The notes under the pieces were generated by a model, which saw only the letters and a program-made list of their open reading frames with translations, was not told where the DNA came from and searched no databases. Of a stretch of 42,950 nucleotides of DNA, positions 37,543 through 42,950 are shown one piece after another (position 1 is the stretch's first letter; each line of letters begins with the position of its first letter). The position numbers and the translations under genes were made by a program. The stretch comes from Methanobacteriota archaeon (GTDB lineage: Archaea > Thermoplasmatota > Poseidoniia > Poseidoniales > Thalassarchaeaceae): NCBI GenBank assembly GCA_002725475.1, contig PBPH01000045.1, positions 1 through 42,950 on the forward strand, given 5' to 3'.

Positions 37543-38778
37543 TCAACGAAATTTCTGAGCTGATAATTCCAAAGATTCGATTGCAGGCATTCTCTTACCA
37601 GCAAGGAAGGTTAAGCAAGAGCCGCCACCAGTGCTATTATGTCCGACTTTGTCATTCGCCCCTCTTTGATTAACCAGGGTTCCTGTATGGCCACCACCAA
37701 TTATCACAAAAGCATCACTTTCAACACAACTGTTGAGAATTTCAATAGTCCCAAAGGCGAAAATAGATTTTTCAAAATATGATGCTGGACCATTCCAAAG
37801 AACGCATTTTGCATCCATAATTGATGGCCTAATTTTCATTAATGTTCCAATTCCGATATCGTAAATAGGATATTCTGTTGGCAAATCCTCAACCAACAAT
37901 GGAACTCTTTTGTCTTCAACTTCAATGGCTAAATCGATGGGTAATTTCAGTTTATCGAGATGATTTTCTACAATCCAATTTGCCATATTCCAAGTGCGTT
38001 CGAATGCCGACCCAAGCCCGTCTTGAATGAAACCCTCGTTTTCATTGCCCAATTTTTTTCCAGATGCCCATAGCATTAGATTACCTACAACTCCAACAGG
38101 TAGAATGTTGTCAACAACACCTCTCTCAAGAAGGTTGCAGGCAATATCGAGTGAATCATCACATTTGATACCACCTAAAATCACTGTATATGGCCTAGGG
38201 GGGTTTTCAACAGCAGAACCCAAAGTGTCCAATTCGTGTTGGATTAATTTTCCTGCATATGAGGGCAAAACAGTACCAAATCCAGAGATTGTTGGTGAAT
38301 TTCTATGAGCACAAGCAAAAGCATCGCAAACATAGGCATCAGACACACTAGCTAATTTTTGAACAATTTCTGAAGCTCCTAATTCATCTAAACTTGCCTT
38401 TTTCATATCAGTCTCTTCGTGCCAGCCCCTTACATTGTCTAAAAATAGCATATCACCATTATTCATTCCACGAATAGCAGTTAATGCAATTTCACCACAA
38501 ACATCCGGAATAAATTCAACATTTCTTCCCAATAGCACACTCATTAACTCAGCGTGCCTTTCCATGGAAGTAAAGTCAGATTTACCTGGTCTGCTTTGAT
38601 GAGCAAGAAGAACAACTTTCGAACTGCCAAGCGTTCGCAAAGTAGGCATTATTGCCCTAAGCCTAGCATCATCAAGGAATTCATTGGTTTCTGGATTTAA
38701 TGGTGAATTAACGTCTACACGGACAAGAACGGTCTTGCCTGAAAGGTCTGCATCGTCCAGGGTCAGGAACGACCTCAT
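37543..38778 (-). CDS. pgk: Phosphoglycerate kinase (start re-called at 38778)
   Basis: VRVDVNSP, AHQSRPG, DAFACAHR, LGGIK, WNGP, GGGHT, STGGG; SD GGGGGT. Confidence 0.96.
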   Translation of the reverse strand: MRSFLTLDDADLSGKTVLVRVDVNSPLNPETNEFLDDARLRAIMPTLRTLGSSKVVLLAHQSRPGKSDFTSMERHAELMSVLLGRNVEFIPDVCGEIALTAIRGMNNGDMLFLDNVRGWHEETDMKKASLDELGASEIVQKLASVSDAYVCDAFACAHRNSPTISGFGTVLPSYAGKLIQHELDTLGSAVENPPRPYTVILGGIKCDDSLDIACNLLERGVVDNILPVGVVGNLMLWASGKKLGNENEGFIQDGLGSAFERTWNMANWIVENHLDKLKLPIDLAIEVEDKRVPLLVEDLPTEYPIYDIGIGTLMKIRPSIMDAKCVLWNGPASYFEKSIFAFGTIEILNSCVESDAFVIIGGGHTGTLVNQRGANDKVGHNSTGGGSCLTFLAGKRMPAIESLELSAQKFR

Positions 38779-38915
38779 TGTACCCCCGACTTGACACTTG
38801 CCTTTTATCCAAACGGTTGCAAATAGTAGTAATAATTGGAGATGATGGCATCGCGCGCAGCGTTTAGCGAACTCTATATCTACTATCAGTGGTCCTCGCG
38901 CGGAGTGGGGTTGGG

Positions 38916-39875
38916 ATGCCACATAATCGAGAGGGTGGAGCGGACGCACGTTCAAATTCGAGAGACGCGCGCGCAGTACCCCGAACAGCTAAAAAAAGAA
39001 GAGGAACCAAGACATCATCATTTGGGGTTTCAAAGCGAGAAAGTCACGATTCCTCTGAATTTTATGGTTCAACCCTTTACAACGGCTTGCCAAAAGAATC
39101 GGACACTGGTAAGGTGAACGCATTTCCAAAAGATAAGGAGAATCGTGTTTTTTGCGGTGATTCCAGAAATATGCACCAAATTCCAGATAATTCAGTCCAT
39201 TTGATGATAACTTCACCACCATACAATGTAACTAAAACATATGATGATGATCTTGCTTTATCAGAATATTTAGAATTATTGAGATCAGTATTTGATGAAT
39301 GCTATCGAGTATTGGTTCCAGGGGGGAGAGCTTGCATAAATGTCGCAAATCTTGGGAGAAAACCGTACATACCACTATCATCATTTATCAATCAAATAAT
39401 GATTGAAATTGGCTTTTTGCCACGGGGAGAGATAATTTGGAATAAATCAGCTAGTGCGGGAGTTTCTTGCGCATGGGGTTCTTGGAAATCTGCATCAAAC
39501 CCCACTCTGAGAGATGTTCACGAATACATTCTTGTATTTTCTAAAGGGAAATTCAAATTACACCGTTCAAGGGCAGAAAAAGAAGAAGGTAGGCAGGACA
39601 CCGTTGGAAAAGAAGATTTCATAGAGTGGACTAAATCAATCTGGACATTTCCAACAGTTAGTGCAAAGCGTGTAGGTCATCCAGCGCCATTCCCTGTAGA
39701 ACTCCCTCGTCGTTGTATTGAGATGTATTCTTTTGCTGGGGATGTTATTTTAGATCCATTTGCAGGTTCTGGTTCAACAGGGATTGCTGCGAAACAAAAT
39801 AATCGTAAATATCTACTATTTGATATAAGTAAAGAATATTGTGATTTAGCAGAAATGAGAATTTCAGAAACCTAA
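38916..39875 (+). CDS. Orphan beta-class amino-DNA methyltransferase (probably N4-cytosine)
   Basis: Motif IV TSPPY precedes HPAPFP and motif I LDPFAGSGST; no endonuclease gene adjacent. Confidence 0.9.
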   Translation: MPHNREGGADARSNSRDARAVPRTAKKRRGTKTSSFGVSKRESHDSSEFYGSTLYNGLPKESDTGKVNAFPKDKENRVFCGDSRNMHQIPDNSVHLMITSPPYNVTKTYDDDLALSEYLELLRSVFDECYRVLVPGGRACINVANLGRKPYIPLSSFINQIMIEIGFLPRGEIIWNKSASAGVSCAWGSWKSASNPTLRDVHEYILVFSKGKFKLHRSRAEKEEGRQDTVGKEDFIEWTKSIWTFPTVSAKRVGHPAPFPVELPRRCIEMYSFAGDVILDPFAGSGSTGIAAKQNNRKYLLFDISKEYCDLAEMRISET

Positions 39876-39936
39876 TTCTAGTTCTTTGCTTCTAATAGTT
39901 ACAATTCATTTTTAATGTAATGTTTTACAGGATAAT

Positions 39937-40698
39937 TTGAGTGTTATGAGAAGTAACCCGCTATTTCGAAAAATGTTTGGCGATTCATTTCCCTCAAGTT
40001 CTAATTTAGCAATTGATTTATGCAATAGAGGTGGGCTTACAAATGATTCTAAATTAATACATCTGGGTTGTGGCACAGGGGGTGTTTCTTCACTATTATA
40101 TTCCAGATTCAATTGTCAAATTATGGGCGTTGACCCCTCGGCCCAACTTATTGACATTGCAAATTCCGAAAGCGCCCGGGGAAGTTTATCATTTGACAAT
40201 TCCCCGTTGCACAAAACCCCTTTTTCTAACTCCGGGGCCACCCATATATTATCCGAAGCCAACCTATCAATTTATCAGCAACCAACTCTATTATTTGATG
40301 AAATTAAGCGTTGCCTAGGTTCCAATGGAATGCTATTAAATTCTGAATTGGTTATTACCGACTCAAGTCTGTTGGATGAGAGAGTCAACAAATTTCTAAG
40401 CACATCTATAGGATCTGGTTTATCTCGAACATTAGACAATTGGAAAATGCTTCTAAGAGAAAATGGTTTTGAAATCATCGAAACACAGATGGAGCCATCA
40501 ATTATGCGTTCAAATGGCAAGAAATTTCGTCGAGCATTGATGGGATTAAATTTACTCAGGAGAACTAAACAATTTTCTTTTTCTGATTTTGGATTGAGTT
40601 CCTTAGAAGATGATTTCGACTCAATAACTAAATCTACATTATCTGCTATTAATGATGGAATTATTACCTATGCTTCGTTCATTTCTCAACCGATTTAA
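39937..40698 (+). CDS. Class I SAM-dependent methyltransferase, divergent
   Basis: LIHLGCGTG, GVDPS, P...TPF, EIKRCL...G. Confidence 0.75.
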   Translation: MSVMRSNPLFRKMFGDSFPSSSNLAIDLCNRGGLTNDSKLIHLGCGTGGVSSLLYSRFNCQIMGVDPSAQLIDIANSESARGSLSFDNSPLHKTPFSNSGATHILSEANLSIYQQPTLLFDEIKRCLGSNGMLLNSELVITDSSLLDERVNKFLSTSIGSGLSRTLDNWKMLLRENGFEIIETQMEPSIMRSNGKKFRRALMGLNLLRRTKQFSFSDFGLSSLEDDFDSITKSTLSAINDGIITYASFISQPI

Positions 40699-40771
40699 AC
40701 AATTTTTGACTACGTCAAAAGGCATTCAACCAAGGGTGACAATAAAATGGGAGCCCTTTTGTGAGAAATCG

Positions 40772-42950
40772 ATGGGTAGCCGTTCAGTACTCTTCATTGC
40801 CGCCGTGATTTTCACATCACTTTTGTTGGGGATGAGCCATGGCAATGCGGAAAACGCTCTCGTCACAAGCCCGAATTACAGTAGTAAAATATCTCCTGCT
40901 GATGCATGGGTGACTTCTGCAGGAGGTTCTGGTTCAGATATGGCTTGGGACATGGTTCTAGATGGACAGGGCAATTCATTTGTCACAGGTTCTTTTTCGG
41001 GCTCAGCCACATTTGGCTCGACCACATTATCTTCGATAGGCGGTATCGATGGTTTCGTCGCAAAGATGGATAATTTAGGAAATTGGGTATGGGCATCTCA
41101 AATTTCAGGAGGATACGATGACTGGGGTTCAGGGATTGATGTTGATACAAATGGTAATGTTTACGTCACTGGCCCTTTCATAAATAATCAAGATTCCACA
41201 TCACCTTCGGTTCAATTGGGTTCTTATTCACTAAATGCCCATTCTCAATCATCCTACGATATGTTCGTTGGGAAATTAGATAGTAGCGGTACTTGGTTGT
41301 GGGCTCAAACCTCAAACAAGTTAACGGAACTTGATCAAGTCACTTGGCAATATGTTGAACAATTTGGACAGGTGTTACCAACTGACATCAAGGTATTCAA
41401 TAATTCAATAACCGTTTCAGGCTCCTACAATGGTAAGATTTACGCTTATTCTGATTCACAAGGTGATTGGTACTATGAGAGCACGAAGGATAATTCTGGA
41501 ATTACTACTACTGATGCATATGTTGGCTTCCTAGGTTTGGATGGAACTTGGGCCTCACAACATGGTTGGGGTGGTATTTCACAAAATGATGCTGCTACAG
41601 CAGTTGCCCCAAGCCCATCAGGTAATTACTGGTATATTGCAGGTTCTTTCGCAAATACAGTTGAATTTATTGGTGGCTCAACCCATTCTTCTAGTGGTGG
41701 CTCACAAGATATTTGGATTATGCAAATTACAGATGGCGGTGAAGTCGAGTGGGTAATTTCTGCAGGAGGTTCTGGGGCAGATACACTCAGAGATATGGTA
41801 GTAGATAGTTCAGACTCGCTCTACGCTGTAGGCGAGTTTGAAGGCTCTTTGGCTGCATTTGGCACTCATAGGCTCACCTCGAATTCAGGCGGTTCAGATG
41901 TTTGGGCAGGTAAAGTTGGCGTTTCCAATAATTGGCTTTGGGCCAAGCAAGGCGGTGGGGCAAGTGATGATATGGGGTTCTCAATAGCACTTTCACCAGA
42001 TGAATCTGCAGTTTATTCGGTGGGTCAAATTTCAGGGCAAGTAACCTTTGAAAATAGTGGTGCAAGTCAGCTTGCAACATCTAATGGACCATCAGATGCT
42101 TTCGTTGCCATTTCATCGTCTTCCACGGGTGAGTGGGAAGATGTGTTTGTTGCAGGGGGCCCTTCAGCAGGTGACCGTGCCTGGGCTATAGGAATAGACT
42201 CTCAGAACATTACTCACACAGCAGGTAGATTCAAGGGCACTAGTAACGGGTTGGCAGAGTTCGGATCTGATGACATTTCGAGTGCCGGTGATTTCGACAT
42301 CTTTGTTTGGAAAGGTCTCATAGAAGACGACGATGATGATAGAGTTGCTAATGAGGATGATGATTGCCCTCAGGTTTGGGGTAATGCTACCGTTTCACCA
42401 CACATTGGATGCCCCGATGCTGATGGTGACGGCTACGCGGATGTAGACGACACACATCCATCAGAACCAACTCAGTGGCGAGATCAAGATGGTGATGGCT
42501 TTGGCGACAATCCACTAGGTAATTTAGCAGATGATTGCCCTACAATTAATGGGACATCTACTATTGATTTGACTGGATGCATAGACACTGATGGAGATGG
42601 CTGGTCTGACCAGAGGGATGCATTTCCAATAGAACCCACCCAGTGGAATGACAGTGACGGTGATAATTACGGAGATAATTGGAATGACGATGAATTAACT
42701 CCAAATTTCGGGACTCTAGGATTGGGGGAGTATATTTTTGGCGCAATTGATATGGATTATTGTCCAACACTTCCTGGTGTAGATACATTTGACAACCCAG
42801 GATGTCCAGATTCTGACGGGGATGGCTGGTCTGATGTAACGGACGATTTCATCAATAATCCAACTCAATGGAAGGATAGTGATGGTGATGGTTGGGGAGA
42901 CAACTCATCAACAGGAGCAACTCAAGGAGACGATCTTCCATTTGATGAAA
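40772..42950 (+). CDS. Large surface protein with SBBP-like beta-propeller and thrombospondin type-3 repeats (3' truncated; absent from ORF track)
   Basis: Own translation: MGSRSVLFIAAVIFTSLLLG signal; AGGSGSD...DGQGNSFVTGSF repeats; DCP...GCPDADGDG repeats; same frame at window end (NSSTGATQGDDLPFDE). Confidence 0.85.
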   Translation, partial: MGSRSVLFIAAVIFTSLLLGMSHGNAENALVTSPNYSSKISPADAWVTSAGGSGSDMAWDMVLDGQGNSFVTGSFSGSATFGSTTLSSIGGIDGFVAKMDNLGNWVWASQISGGYDDWGSGIDVDTNGNVYVTGPFINNQDSTSPSVQLGSYSLNAHSQSSYDMFVGKLDSSGTWLWAQTSNKLTELDQVTWQYVEQFGQVLPTDIKVFNNSITVSGSYNGKIYAYSDSQGDWYYESTKDNSGITTTDAYVGFLGLDGTWASQHGWGGISQNDAATAVAPSPSGNYWYIAGSFANTVEFIGGSTHSSSGGSQDIWIMQITDGGEVEWVISAGGSGADTLRDMVVDSSDSLYAVGEFEGSLAAFGTHRLTSNSGGSDVWAGKVGVSNNWLWAKQGGGASDDMGFSIALSPDESAVYSVGQISGQVTFENSGASQLATSNGPSDAFVAISSSSTGEWEDVFVAGGPSAGDRAWAIGIDSQNITHTAGRFKGTSNGLAEFGSDDISSAGDFDIFVWKGLIEDDDDDRVANEDDDCPQVWGNATVSPHIGCPDADGDGYADVDDTHPSEPTQWRDQDGDGFGDNPLGNLADDCPTINGTSTIDLTGCIDTDGDGWSDQRDAFPIEPTQWNDSDGDNYGDNWNDDELTPNFGTLGLGEYIFGAIDMDYCPTLPGVDTFDNPGCPDSDGDGWSDVTDDFINNPTQWKDSDGDGWGDNSSTGATQGDDLPFDE

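Noticed and set aside
38889-38955. Apparent overlap of pgk and the MTase
   Set aside because: pgk homology and SD place its start at 38778

Overview
Gene-dense core chromosomal window of a euryarchaeon. Gene set and protein style point to marine Thermoplasmatota, most likely Marine Group II/Poseidoniales (inference, no database search). It contains ychF (5' partial); a minus-strand run of two SPFH/stomatin genes, a GIFT(GldG/IFT52)-like gene and two unknowns; the ftsZ-secE-spt5-rpl11-rpl1-rpl10-rpl12 cluster; three large surface proteins; pgsA-like and AK6/Fap7 genes; Lrp; Cax; a rhomboid-like gene; an MTA/SAH deaminase-like gene; DnaJ; AIM24; pus10; an MMPL transporter; rpl21e-rpoF-DUF655-rsmA; an HhH/Zn-ribbon unknown; corA; DUF59; a multi-histone-fold protein; M24 peptidase; HD hydrolase; pgk; an orphan beta-class amino-DNA methyltransferase; and a SAM methyltransferase. 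I saw no tRNA/rRNA, CRISPR array or mobile element. Most notable: (1) Spt5 fused to a degenerate N-terminal Nudix domain; (2) uL11 lacking its whole N-terminal domain; (3) one polypeptide with three histone folds; (4) an orphan DNA MTase whose own promoter and 5' end carry three (CG)n tracts, with CGCG also next to several housekeeping promoters, suggesting methylation-based gene regulation; (5) an L1-binding RNA mimic before rpl1. All family calls come from motif recognition by eye.
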